Shown one piece after another: positions 17,367 through 27,007 of a DNA stretch of 64,000 nucleotides. This DNA comes from Polyangiales bacterium. GTDB lineage: Bacteria > Myxococcota_A > Polyangia > Polyangiales > Ga0077539. The stretch covers positions 288,001 through 352,000 of the forward strand of contig JBGARZ010000002.1 of the NCBI GenBank assembly GCA_044229975.1, in the 5' to 3' direction. Each line of letters opens with the position of its first letter. Positions within the stretch are counted from its first letter, which is position 1. The translations under genes and the position numbers were made by a program. Below the pieces are notes generated by a model. It made no database searches. It saw only the letters and a program-made list of their open reading frames with translations, and was not told where the DNA came from.

Positions 17367-19271
17367 TCAGGCGGGCGCTGCGGCGCGAAGCATCGTGAGC
17401 AGCGCCTGGCCGTAGGCCTCGACGCGGGCGGGCCCGAGGCCGTGCACCTGCGCGAGCGCCGCGAGGTCGTTGGGGCGTCGGGCGGCGACCTCCTGGAGCG
17501 TTCGGTCGAAGGCGACGACGTAGGCCGGGAGCCCACGGCGCTTCGCCTCTTCGGCGCGCCACGCACGCAGTCGGTCGTAGAGGGCGTGGTCGTAGTGGCC
17601 CACCGTCGCCTCCGGGGCGGCGGGGCGTCGGGCGGTCGCAGTGCGCGGGCGCTCGCGGTCGGGGGGCAGGCGAAAGCGCACGGCGTCGTTGGCTCGCATC
17701 ACCGCGGCACCCGCTGCCGTGACGAAGGGAACCGGGTGCTCGGTCGGCGTCAGGTCGATCCATCCGGCGGCGAGGAGGCCACGGAGCAGGGAGAGCACCC
17801 ACGGCTGCGAGCGGTCGCGCAGAAGGCCGAAGGTGGAGAGCTGGTCGAAGCCGAATCGCATCGTGCGCTGGGAGTGGGCGCCGCGGAGCATCTCCGCGAT
17901 GGCCTGGAGACCGCCGCGCTGTCGGGCGCGCGCGACCCCCGAGAGTGCCATGCGAACGGCGGTGTCGACCTGCGACTGGGGGACATCGTCGGTGGGCTGG
18001 TCGAGGCTCGCGCAGATGTCGCAGTGACCGCAGCCACCGAGGATCTCCCGCTCGTCGCCGAAGTACCGGAGCATGAAGTCGTGTCGGCAGGTGCCGGCGT
18101 CGAGGTAGCGCAGGAGATCGCAGAAGAGGTGCCACGCGCGGGCCGACTGCGCGGGGTCGGGGGCCTGCCCGTCGGAGCCCATCTGGGTGAGCCGTCGGCG
18201 TAGCGCGATGTCGACGCCCGAGCAGAGGAGCAGGCCGTGGGCTTCGGCGCCGTCGCGGCCGGCGCGCCCGACCTCCTGATAGTAGGACTCGATGCTCGAC
18301 GGGGGTTGGAGATGGAGCACCGTGCGGATGTCGGGCCGGTCGATGCCCATGCCAAAGGCGTTGGTCGCGACGACGACGTCGAGGGTGCGCGCGCTGAAGC
18401 GCTCCGAGAGGCTCGACCGCTCGTCCGGTGCGAGGCCGGCGTGGTAGGGCGCGGCGTTCCACCCGGCGCGGCGCAGCTCGTCGGCGACCTGCTCGGTGGC
18501 CTTGCGCGTGGCGGCGTACACGATGGCTCCGCCCGCGGGACGCGTCGGCTCGCCGAGCACGCGCTTCAGCTCGCGTCGCACCGTCTCCTTGGACTCGGTG
18601 GGCCCGTCGACGGTGCGCGCCGAGAGGTGGAGGTTGGGCCGCGCGAAGCCTCGGAGGACGACCCTCACCTTCTCGCGATCGAAGCGCAGTCGTTCGAGGA
18701 TCTCGTTGCGGACGTCGGGCGTCGCGGTGGCGGTGCAGGCGAGCAGGCGCGGCGGGCGGAGGCGCTCGATGAGGTCGCCGATGCGAAGGTAGTCGGGCCG
18801 GAAGTCGTGGCCCCACATGGAGATGCAGTGGGCTTCGTCCACGGCGAGCAGCGAGATCTTCGCGCGGGCGCACGCGTCGACGAAGCCGTCGAACTGGAGG
18901 CGCTCGGGCGCGAGGTACACCAGCTTGTAGCGGCCCGCGATCATCCCCGAGATGCGCGCCCGACGGACGTCGGGGGTGAGCGTCGAGGCGAGGAAGGTGG
19001 CCGAGACGCCGCGCTGATCGAGCGCCCGCACCTGGTCTTCCATGAGCGCGACGAGCGGCGAGATGACCAGCGTGACGCCGGGGAGGCAGGTCGCGGTGAA
19101 CTGATAGGTGAGGCTCTTGCCGCCTCCGGTCGGGGCGACCACCAGTGTCTGCCCACCGTCGAGGAGGGCCTCGATGGACTCCCGCTGCCACGGGCGGAAA
19201 TCATCGAGCCCAAAACGATCGAGGAGTGCTTCGCGGAGGGGGTCGCGAGCGACGGGTGGGTCAGCGTCCAT
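17367..19271 (-). CDS. recQ: ATP-dependent DNA helicase RecQ
   Basis: PTGGGKS, DEAHC.S.WGHDFRP, TATAT, ATNAFGMGID, YYQEVGRAGRDG, zinc-binding Cys cluster, RQC and HRDC domains. Confidence 0.95.
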   Translation of the reverse strand: MDADPPVARDPLREALLDRFGLDDFRPWQRESIEALLDGGQTLVVAPTGGGKSLTYQFTATCLPGVTLVISPLVALMEDQVRALDQRGVSATFLASTLTPDVRRARISGMIAGRYKLVYLAPERLQFDGFVDACARAKISLLAVDEAHCISMWGHDFRPDYLRIGDLIERLRPPRLLACTATATPDVRNEILERLRFDREKVRVVLRGFARPNLHLSARTVDGPTESKETVRRELKRVLGEPTRPAGGAIVYAATRKATEQVADELRRAGWNAAPYHAGLAPDERSSLSERFSARTLDVVVATNAFGMGIDRPDIRTVLHLQPPSSIESYYQEVGRAGRDGAEAHGLLLCSGVDIALRRRLTQMGSDGQAPDPAQSARAWHLFCDLLRYLDAGTCRHDFMLRYFGDEREILGGCGHCDICASLDQPTDDVPQSQVDTAVRMALSGVARARQRGGLQAIAEMLRGAHSQRTMRFGFDQLSTFGLLRDRSQPWVLSLLRGLLAAGWIDLTPTEHPVPFVTAAGAAVMRANDAVRFRLPPDRERPRTATARRPAAPEATVGHYDHALYDRLRAWRAEEAKRRGLPAYVVAFDRTLQEVAARRPNDLAALAQVHGLGPARVEAYGQALLTMLRAAAPA

Positions 19272-19365
19272 GGGGCGGTGGCGGACCATAGCATCACGCC
19301 GCGAGCGCCCGCCGCTGAGCATCGGCGAGGGCGGGGACATAGCCTGTCCGAGTTGTTCGGAGGGG

Positions 19366-19713
19366 CTACGCCGCCCTGGCGTGGGCGTCGATGGCGGTGA
19401 CGTCGTTGGCGAAGGGCGCCGTCACGTCGATGCGAGAGAGGCGGCGCGCGGTGATGGCCAGCGAGAGGGTGACGGCCTGCGCCTCGACGCTGCGACCGGC
19501 TGCCATCGGAATCGAGCGGGCGAGCGCGAGGAGGGCGAGCGCGCGCCCGCGGATCGCGTCGCGGGTGTCGTCGGCGATGGCACACGTGACCCAGTGCCGA
19601 CGGCCGGTGCTGGGGTCGACGCGCCACAGGCTGACGCGCGCCTGGCCTTGGGCTATACGACGCCAGGTAAAGCAGAAGCCGGCGGCGCGGAGGATGGGGG
19701 CGGGGTTGATCAT
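19366..19713 (-). CDS. Small hypothetical protein, paralogue of 58364..58723
   Basis: GGAG RBS. Colinear similarity to the 58364..58723 product (RAAG..FTW, WR..WVT, AQAV..LAIT..RL) supports coding status. Confidence 0.75.
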   Translation of the reverse strand: MINPAPILRAAGFCFTWRRIAQGQARVSLWRVDPSTGRRHWVTCAIADDTRDAIRGRALALLALARSIPMAAGRSVEAQAVTLSLAITARRLSRIDVTAPFANDVTAIDAHARAA

Positions 19714-19896
19714 CGGGGGACTCCGTGTGGGTGGTGGGTTGTTGCTCGGCCGGGCGGTCTGCCCTTCGGCTGAACGGATGTACCCTGGCTTCCGTCGGGT
19801 TTCATAAATTGTGGCAACGGATGTTCAGCTACTGCGATCGTGCAGGTGGCCGATAAGAAGATTGGAGACAGCGACGATGGTGACGGGGGCGGAGCG

Positions 19897-20880
19897 ATGG
19901 GCGATCTGAACGGGATGTCGACGGAAGACCGGGTGGCGGTCGACCGCATCTTCGAGCGCCTGTCGGGGCGGACGCACTACGAGGTGCTGCAGATCGCCCC
20001 GGACTCGTCGTGGGAGGTCATCGACCAGGCGCTGCGCGACCTTCGGCGTCGGTGCGATCCGGCGCGATTTGTGGGCATCCCGAGTGACGAATATCGGTAC
20101 CGCATCGACGCCATCGTCCGCGCCTTCGACGAGGCGACGCAGGTGCTCGGCGACCCCGTGCGGCGCTTCCTCTACGACCAGCAGACCCTCCGCGGCGAAG
20201 GGCGGCGAGGCGTCACGCCCCCTCCCCCGCAGTCAGCCGTTACGCCCATTCCTCCGCGCCCCATCGCGTCGGGTCGGATGCCCGAACGCGACACCCCGTC
20301 CATCCGACCTCCTGCGATGGACTCGCCGCTCGTGGTGCCCGCGCCGCTGAAGCGCGACGGCGGCGGCGTCACGGAGACGCGAGGCAGCTACCGCCCATCG
20401 GGCAACCGCCCGTCGGTGGCGCCGGGGCGCCCGGAGGTGAAGGTCCCTGTCGACCAGGGAGCGCCGCGCGTGGCGCCGGGTGACGACGCCCATCACCGCG
20501 ACCTCACGGCGTTGATGGTGGAGGTCGAGCGCATCGCGGTGGCGGTGCAGTTCTGCATCGCGCAGTCGATCGATCCGCAGGCCGAGCGGGTTCCGGCGCT
20601 GCAGACTGCGGGGCAGGCCCTTGCAGACACCCGGTCGGCGCTGGCGTCCATCCAGGCACGTCGTGAGGAGGAGGTCGGGCGCTGGGCGGAGGCTGCCATC
20701 CATTGGCAGCGTGCGTCGCGCGCGAGACCGATGGACGCGACGATTCTCGCGCGGCTCGCCGAGGCGCTGAGTCGTTCGGGCGACCCGCGCGCCGCGGACG
20801 ACGCCGCTAGACGCGCGCTGACCATCGACCCGGCGTGCGAGGCGGCGCGCACCACGCTCTCCGCGATCGGTCGCCGCTAG
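19897..20880 (+). CDS. J-domain-like plus TPR protein
   Basis: THYEVLQI..A..VLGDP.RR..YD J-domain pattern, Pro-rich linker, C-terminal TPR helices (ARRALTIDP). Confidence 0.75.
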   Translation: MGDLNGMSTEDRVAVDRIFERLSGRTHYEVLQIAPDSSWEVIDQALRDLRRRCDPARFVGIPSDEYRYRIDAIVRAFDEATQVLGDPVRRFLYDQQTLRGEGRRGVTPPPPQSAVTPIPPRPIASGRMPERDTPSIRPPAMDSPLVVPAPLKRDGGGVTETRGSYRPSGNRPSVAPGRPEVKVPVDQGAPRVAPGDDAHHRDLTALMVEVERIAVAVQFCIAQSIDPQAERVPALQTAGQALADTRSALASIQARREEEVGRWAEAAIHWQRASRARPMDATILARLAEALSRSGDPRAADDAARRALTIDPACEAARTTLSAIGRR

Positions 20881-20926
20881 GCGTTTGAGGCTATCGGGGG
20901 GCTCCGACCGGAGCCCGTCAGTGCGC

Positions 20927-21115
20927 TCAACCTCCGGTTGGCGCGGCGGCGGGCGCGGGGGCCGACGGGTCGACGGCGGGCGCCGGATCAGGCGTCGGGG
21001 CCACGACAGCGACCGGCGCGGGGGGCGGCGGTTCGGCCGGCTCGGCGGGAGCGTTGAGGGCCGCGCCGACGCACACGAGGGCGACGGCGCTGAGGTAACC
21101 AAGCCACTGGGTCAT
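20927..21115 (-). CDS. Small membrane-anchored Pro/Ala-rich peptide
   Basis: MTQWLGYLSAVALVCVGAALN hydrophobic helix followed by a Pro/Ala tail. It fills an otherwise empty gap. Confidence 0.5.
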   Translation of the reverse strand: MTQWLGYLSAVALVCVGAALNAPAEPAEPPPPAPVAVVAPTPDPAPAVDPSAPAPAAAPTGG

Positions 21116-21167
21116 GGGGTGCGAGTACCATGCGCAGGCGGTGCGCGACAACGGATCCGACGGGTGG

Positions 21168-23477
21168 TCAGGGGCGGCGGGCCAGCGCGTCGCGTACGCG
21201 GGTGGGAAGCGCCTCGACGTCGTCGAGCGAGGCAGGCCCGTCGAGGCGAACGAAGGGTGATTGCTCCAGCGCCGAGCGCGCGAAGGCTCCGACGGGACCC
21301 GTCATCGCGGTGAAGCGGGCGGTGGCGTCGACGCCTCCGACGTCGCGCACGAGCGTGTCGCCGTTGGCGCCGTTGGCCAGCGTGAGCAGAAGGCGCGCAG
21401 CTCGGGCGGCGCGGGCCGATCCGAGGCCGAGGCACCAACCCCAGGTGCGACCGATCACCGCGCGCCCGCCCTCTTCGGTGGTGTCGCCGAGAGCATCGAG
21501 CTGCAAGCGGTCGCCGCGGGGAGGACGGGCGAGGACCCAACCCTCGGCGCCGTGGGCGTTCCACCACGAGAGCGAGGCCCAGCGTGCGACGACGGACGCG
21601 TCGTCCGCGCCGGCGATCGCGCCCATGGAGGACAACAACGTCTGGGCCTCGCGGGCCGGTGTGAGGGCATCACCCGCCGGAACATTGCCGTCGAGCGTCA
21701 CGCCGAGCGAGCCCCAGCGCGCGAGCGTCGCGGCGACGCCTGCCGGGTCGTGGGCCTCGGCGGCCGCGAGGTGCGAGCCGTCGCGAGACCAGCACCACGA
21801 GGCGGCGACGAGGTCCCACGACGTCCAGGTACCGAGGTCGTGTCGCGGGCCGAGCCCTGACGGGAGGCGCAGCCCATGATGCGCGCGCAGCCACGTCTCG
21901 ATCTCTGCTCGTCGCGTCGAGACGCACTCGTTTGCGTCTTGCAGGGCGTCGGCGCGCACCCCGAAGGCCACGAGATCGACCGCGACGGGGAGCGCGTAGG
22001 TGCCCTCACCCGCGACGCCGACGCTCGCGCCCCAGGGCAGCGTCTCGGCGCGGAGCGTCGTCCGGAGCGCGAGGTATCCGCTCCCATCGACTTCGGGCAA
22101 CAGCGTGTCGAGGCGCCGCACGGAGTCGGTCGTCACCAACGCGCGCAGGGACTCCGAGGGGACGAGCGCCACGTCGACCTCGCCCGTTCGGAGAGCGCGC
22201 GCGGTCGCGACGGCTCCGCCCAGGTCGACACGCTCGACGCGCGCACCGACCGCCGCTTCGAGGCGACGCCGAACATCGGGCTGCAACCATCCAGCGCCGA
22301 GCCCCGCTGGTACGCCGAGGCGCAGCGGGCTCCCGCGCGGCACCACCGCCCGCTGCGTCGAGGGCCCGCGCGCGGCCGGTCGCGTGCGTCGTTCGGCGAG
22401 CACGCTCACGACCAGCACGCCGACGGCGATGGCGACGCGCTCGAACAACACCCTCCGCTTGCGCAACGCCGCGGGCACGACCGACGGCGGCGAGGCAGGC
22501 CCGCGATCTTCTGGCGACGCGGCGTCGGTGAGCGTTCGATCGCTCGGGGCGAGCGCCGGCGCGTCGGGCCCCGAAGCGACGGCCACGAGGGCGCGGAGGC
22601 CATCGACGTCCGGTCGCACCCCGAGAGCTTCGGCCGCGGCGCGCAGGGCCTGACGCAACTCGGCCGCCGTGGCGAAGCGCGTGTCACGGGCGCTGGCGAG
22701 GGCGCGGTCGAACACTGGTGCGAAGGCCGCGAGCGAGGCGGGCAGCGCGACGGGCTCCACCTGTCCGAGGGTCGCGCGCTCGCGGAGGTTCTCTCCTGTC
22801 GCGGTCCCGTAGGCGCGGGTGCCGGTCAGCATCTCGCGCAGCACCGACGCCGCCGAGAAGAGGTCGGCCCTCGCGTCGACGGCCTCTCCCCTCGCCTGCT
22901 CGGGCGCCATGTACGCGAGCTTGCCCATCACGGCTCCCGCGTCGGCGGTCGACGTCGCGCTCGTCTGGGCGGCGTGGGCGATGCCGAAGTCCGCGAGCTT
23001 CACCTCGCCCGCGTGCCCGAGCAGCACGTTATGCGGCGAGACATCGCGGTGCACGAGACCCAGCGGGTCGCCGTTGGTCGAGCGCAGCGCGTGGACGTAC
23101 CCGAGCCCGTCGAGCAGGGCTTCGACCACGGCGAGTGCGACCCCGGGCGGCAGTTGTCCATCGTCGGCGCGGCGCAGCAGGGCGGCGAGGTCACATCCCT
23201 CGACCAGCTCCATGGCGAGGAAGTAGTGGTCGCCCGCGCGGCCGAACTCGTACACCTGCACGACGTTGGGGTGGCGCAGCCTCGCGGCGACGCGCGCCTC
23301 GTCGACGAAGCGCCGCACCGCCTCGGGGTCGAGCGCGAGCCGCGGGTGCACCCGCTTGATGACGAGCTCGCGGGTGATGCCCTCCGCGCTCACGAGCTCG
23401 GCGCGGAACACCTCTGCCATTCCTCCAGCGCCGATGCGTCGGAGCAGCCGATAGCGCTGCGGGAGCCCTTCCGTCAC
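21168..23477 (-). CDS. Transmembrane Ser/Thr protein kinase with a C-terminal solute-binding-like domain
   Basis: GAGGMAEV, VIK, HRDVSPHN, DFG and YMAPE are intact. TM segment VAIAVGVLVVSVLA. Distal YALPVAVD pattern. Confidence 0.9.
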   Translation of the reverse strand: MTEGLPQRYRLLRRIGAGGMAEVFRAELVSAEGITRELVIKRVHPRLALDPEAVRRFVDEARVAARLRHPNVVQVYEFGRAGDHYFLAMELVEGCDLAALLRRADDGQLPPGVALAVVEALLDGLGYVHALRSTNGDPLGLVHRDVSPHNVLLGHAGEVKLADFGIAHAAQTSATSTADAGAVMGKLAYMAPEQARGEAVDARADLFSAASVLREMLTGTRAYGTATGENLRERATLGQVEPVALPASLAAFAPVFDRALASARDTRFATAAELRQALRAAAEALGVRPDVDGLRALVAVASGPDAPALAPSDRTLTDAASPEDRGPASPPSVVPAALRKRRVLFERVAIAVGVLVVSVLAERRTRPAARGPSTQRAVVPRGSPLRLGVPAGLGAGWLQPDVRRRLEAAVGARVERVDLGGAVATARALRTGEVDVALVPSESLRALVTTDSVRRLDTLLPEVDGSGYLALRTTLRAETLPWGASVGVAGEGTYALPVAVDLVAFGVRADALQDANECVSTRRAEIETWLRAHHGLRLPSGLGPRHDLGTWTSWDLVAASWCWSRDGSHLAAAEAHDPAGVAATLARWGSLGVTLDGNVPAGDALTPAREAQTLLSSMGAIAGADDASVVARWASLSWWNAHGAEGWVLARPPRGDRLQLDALGDTTEEGGRAVIGRTWGWCLGLGSARAARAARLLLTLANGANGDTLVRDVGGVDATARFTAMTGPVGAFARSALEQSPFVRLDGPASLDDVEALPTRVRDALARRP

Positions 23478-23508
23478 GGGCGAACTCTACTAGACTCCGA
23501 GCCATCCC

Positions 23509-25443
23509 ATGGACCTCGTGACACTCCGGCGGAACGGGCAGAGCCCGCCCCGCGACTTGCGCCGCTTTCTGCCCACCACCCGGGAGGAGATGGAAGCGCG
23601 CGGCTGGGATGCGATCGACATCCTCATCGTCAACGGCGACGCCTACGTCGACCACCCGGCCTTCGGCGGCGCGCTCATCGGGCGCTTCCTGGAGGGTCGG
23701 GGTTTTCGCGTCGGGATGATCGCGCAGCCCGACTGGCGCGACACCAAAGACCTCCTGCGGATGGGTGTTCCGCGGCTGATGGTGGGCATCACGGCGGGCA
23801 ACCTCGACTCGATGCTCAACAAGCTCACCGCGCAGAAGAAGACCCGCGCGGAGGACCAATACTCCCCCGGCGGTCGCACGGGCTTGCGCCCCAACCGCGC
23901 GTCCATCGTCTACGCCAACCTGTGCCGGCAGGCGTTTCCGGGCGTGCCGCTGGTGCTCGGCGGCATCGAGGCGTCGCTGCGACGCATCGCCCACTACGAC
24001 TACTGGTCTGACAGCGTGCGGCGCTCGCTGCTCCTCGACGCCAAGGCCGACCTGCTCATCTTCGGCATGGGCGAGAGCCCGGTGTGGGAGGTCGCGCGGC
24101 GACTCAAGGCGGGCGAGCGCATCGATCAGATTCGCGACGTGCGCGGCACCGCCTATGTGCTCCGCAAGGGCCAGTGGGAGGACATCCCGCCGAGCAAGCA
24201 CGTCACCGACGGCGGCGTCGTGGTGCTGCCCTCCTACGACGAGGTCCGCACCAGCAAGGACGCCTTCGCCGAGATGTCGCGGGCGTTTCAGTACGAGACC
24301 AACCCGGGCAACGCGCGGCCGCTGGTGCAGGCCCACGAGCACGAGGCGGTGTACTTCAATCCCCCAGCGTTCGCGCTCGACACGCAGACCATGGACGGGC
24401 TCTACGACCTGCCGTTTCTGCGCAAGGCGCACTGGCAGTACGACGCGCCCATCCCTGCGTTCGAGACGGTGAAGCACTCCATCGTCACGATGCGCGGGTG
24501 CTTTGGTGGGTGCACGTTCTGCTCGATCACCGAGCACGAGGGGCGGGTGATCTCGTCGCGCTCGGCTGACAGCGTGATGCGCGAGGTGCGCGCGCTGCGC
24601 CGGATGGACGGCTTCAACGGCGTCATCAGCGACCTCGGCGGCCCGACGGCCAACATGTACGAGATGCGCTGCAAGGACGACAAGATCGAGAGCGCCTGCC
24701 GACGGCTCTCGTGCGTGCACCCGGGCATCTGCGAAAACCTCGTGACCGACCACGGGCCGTTGCTCTCGCTGATGAAGCGGGTGCGCGAAGAGCCCGGGGT
24801 GAAGAAGGTCTTCCTCGCGTCGGGCGTGCGCTACGACATCGCCGAGCGGTCGCCGGAGTTCATCGAGACGCTGGCGAAGCACCACACGGGCGGACAGCTC
24901 TCGGTGGCGCCCGAGCACTCCAACAAGGACGTGCTCGACAAGATGAAGAAGCCCGGCATCGAGAGCTACGAGCGCTTCGCCGAGCAGTTTCAGTGCGCGA
25001 GCGAAGAGGCCGGGAAGAACCAGTTCCTCGTGCCGTACTTCATCAGCGGGCACCCGGGCTCGACGCTCAAGGACATGGTCGACCTCGCGCTCTGGCTGAA
25101 GGAGCGAAACATGAAGCCCAGGCAGGTGCAGGACTTCATCCCGACGCCGATGAGCGTGGCCACGACGATGTACTTCACGGGCATCGATCCGCTGTCGCGC
25201 ACGCCCGTCTACACGGCGCGTGACCTCTACGAGAAGCGGCTCCAGAAGGCGCTGATCCTGTACTGGGATCCTGCGCACCACGACGAGACGCGCGAGGCGC
25301 TGGTGAAGGCGGGCCGCGGTGACCTCATCGGGACCCGACCGGGGTGTCTCGTTCCGCCGGCGTCGGGGAAGGGATCGCTGTCGATCCACCAGCAGCGGGC
25401 GGGGGCGAAGGGTCGGCCGCTGGGTCGCGAACGTCGCGGTTGA
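23509..25443 (+). CDS. YgiQ-family radical SAM protein
   Basis: [41 protein letters not shown] and YFISGHPG. Confidence 0.93.
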   Translation: MDLVTLRRNGQSPPRDLRRFLPTTREEMEARGWDAIDILIVNGDAYVDHPAFGGALIGRFLEGRGFRVGMIAQPDWRDTKDLLRMGVPRLMVGITAGNLDSMLNKLTAQKKTRAEDQYSPGGRTGLRPNRASIVYANLCRQAFPGVPLVLGGIEASLRRIAHYDYWSDSVRRSLLLDAKADLLIFGMGESPVWEVARRLKAGERIDQIRDVRGTAYVLRKGQWEDIPPSKHVTDGGVVVLPSYDEVRTSKDAFAEMSRAFQYETNPGNARPLVQAHEHEAVYFNPPAFALDTQTMDGLYDLPFLRKAHWQYDAPIPAFETVKHSIVTMRGCFGGCTFCSITEHEGRVISSRSADSVMREVRALRRMDGFNGVISDLGGPTANMYEMRCKDDKIESACRRLSCVHPGICENLVTDHGPLLSLMKRVREEPGVKKVFLASGVRYDIAERSPEFIETLAKHHTGGQLSVAPEHSNKDVLDKMKKPGIESYERFAEQFQCASEEAGKNQFLVPYFISGHPGSTLKDMVDLALWLKERNMKPRQVQDFIPTPMSVATTMYFTGIDPLSRTPVYTARDLYEKRLQKALILYWDPAHHDETREALVKAGRGDLIGTRPGCLVPPASGKGSLSIHQQRAGAKGRPLGRERRG

Positions 25444-25596
25444 AGCGACCGAACGGGCAAAGTATGGTTCGCCCCGCGTGAGGCGAGGCCGGTGGTCGGC
25501 GGGGCGACGAAAGCTCTGTCGGCCAACGTGCGTAAGACGTCGCCGAGTGGCGGTGTGGGTGGCGCTCGGTGAGCGTCACCAGAGGAGTTCGGTGAA

Positions 25597-26931
25597 ATGG
25601 GACTGATCGACAGCGCGAAGAACTTCCTGCAGAGCGATGTGGTGAAGAACGGCGTCCGCGAGATGATGATCGCGCGCCCGGAGGACAACAACGACCTGAT
25701 CTGGAAGCACCCCGATCAGACCATCCCGATGTTCGCGCAGTGCACGGTGCGCGCGGACGAGTGGGGTGTGTTCTCCAAGGAGGGTCGTCCCGTCGGTACG
25801 CTCGACGCGGGTCGCTGCACCCTGTCGACGGCCAACATCCCGTTCTTGTCGAACTTCATCGACCAGTACACGGGCGGCAACTTCCTCATGACGGAGCTTT
25901 TCTTCGTCAAGCGCACGCCCTTCCCCAAGAAGTTCGGCGGCACGCTCGGCAACATGATCGACCCGATGACCAGCATCCGCCTCCGGGCGCGCTGCCACGG
26001 TGAGATCCTGCTCCGTGTCGAAAACCCCGAGACGCTGATCTACCAGTACTTCGGGATGCGGAAGTTCCAGGAGCACGCCGACATCTTCGACTGGTTCGTC
26101 AACAGCTTCTTCAACACGGTGAAGAGCACCATCGGCAAGCTCGCTCGCGAGCAGCGCCGCTCGGTCCTCGACATCATGGACATGCAGGACGAGCTCGCGC
26201 AGGCGTGCGTCGCCAACGCGACGGAGCTCGCGCAGGCCGGCATCCGCATCGTCAAGGTGACCAAGCTCGAAGTCGACGTCCCCGAGGAGGACGTGAAGCG
26301 CTTCGACGAGATGCGCCAGAAGGTCGCCGAGCAGATGGTCGGCCTCCAGGTCGACGAGATCGGCATCCAGCGCGCCGCCCTCCAGGCGCAGGCCGCCGCG
26401 GCCGCCGCGCAGGTCGGCGTCTCGACGGCGCAGTACCAGGCCCAGGCCGCCCAGTTCGGCATCGACCAGCGGCGCGCCAACGACGCCGCCTACGTTGGGC
26501 TGGCGGGTGGTGACATCAACCGCCTCGGTCAGTTCGAGGCGATGCGTGGCGCGGGCGCGGGCCTCGCGCAGGGCGGCGGCAACACGGGCCTCGCGGGCAT
26601 GGCCGCGCAGGTTGGCGTGGGCGCGTCGCTCGGGTCCAACCTCGCAGGCGGCGCCCTCGGCGGGCTCGTCGGCGGTGGCGCCGGTGCTCTCGCGGGCGCG
26701 GTCGCCGGTGGTGCGGTCGCGGGCGGCGCAGCGGCGCAGGGCGCGCTCATCGCGTGCCCGCACTGCAACGCGCAGGTGCGCCCCGGGAAGTTCTGCGCGG
26801 AGTGCGGTGGCAACATCGCCGTCGCCGCGAAGAAGAACTGCGCCAACTGCGGCGTGGAGCTGGGCGCCAACGCCCGCTTCTGCCCCGAGTGCGGCACCCC
26901 GGCGGTCGCTCCGGCCGCTGCCCAGCGCTGA
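25597..26931 (+). CDS. SPFH-like (YdjI-type) domain protein with double zinc ribbon
   Basis: GAGGAG RBS. LIWKHP, LSTANIP, ELFFV, a coiled region, a Gly/Ala-rich segment and four CxxC motifs (KFCAECG, RFCPECG). Confidence 0.85.
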   Translation: MGLIDSAKNFLQSDVVKNGVREMMIARPEDNNDLIWKHPDQTIPMFAQCTVRADEWGVFSKEGRPVGTLDAGRCTLSTANIPFLSNFIDQYTGGNFLMTELFFVKRTPFPKKFGGTLGNMIDPMTSIRLRARCHGEILLRVENPETLIYQYFGMRKFQEHADIFDWFVNSFFNTVKSTIGKLAREQRRSVLDIMDMQDELAQACVANATELAQAGIRIVKVTKLEVDVPEEDVKRFDEMRQKVAEQMVGLQVDEIGIQRAALQAQAAAAAAQVGVSTAQYQAQAAQFGIDQRRANDAAYVGLAGGDINRLGQFEAMRGAGAGLAQGGGNTGLAGMAAQVGVGASLGSNLAGGALGGLVGGGAGALAGAVAGGAVAGGAAAQGALIACPHCNAQVRPGKFCAECGGNIAVAAKKNCANCGVELGANARFCPECGTPAVAPAAAQR

Positions 26932-27007
26932 CGGCAGCTCGCTCCCGAGGAGGGCGCTCCCCCCGGCGCCCTCATCCCCTCCCCCCAACACCTCGATCAG
27001 ACGTCGA

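Noticed and set aside
17299..19191. Apparent 1516-aa TonB receptor with a giant N-terminus
   Set aside because: The extension is an off-frame overlap of recQ. The signal peptide and RBS place the start at about 17298.
19800..19807. TTTCATAA shared with its reverse complement at 58832 upstream of both paralogues
   Set aside because: It is only 8 bp and lies in opposite orientation relative to the two genes, so it may be chance.
25454..25580. Possible c-di-GMP-I riboswitch before the SPFH gene (GGGCAAA..GACGAAAGC, hairpin 25469-25507)
   Set aside because: It lacks the GNRA tetraloop/receptor layout and the exact GCAAAGC junction. A terminator or promoter (TATGGT at 25463) explains it more simply. 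An Infernal search would settle it.
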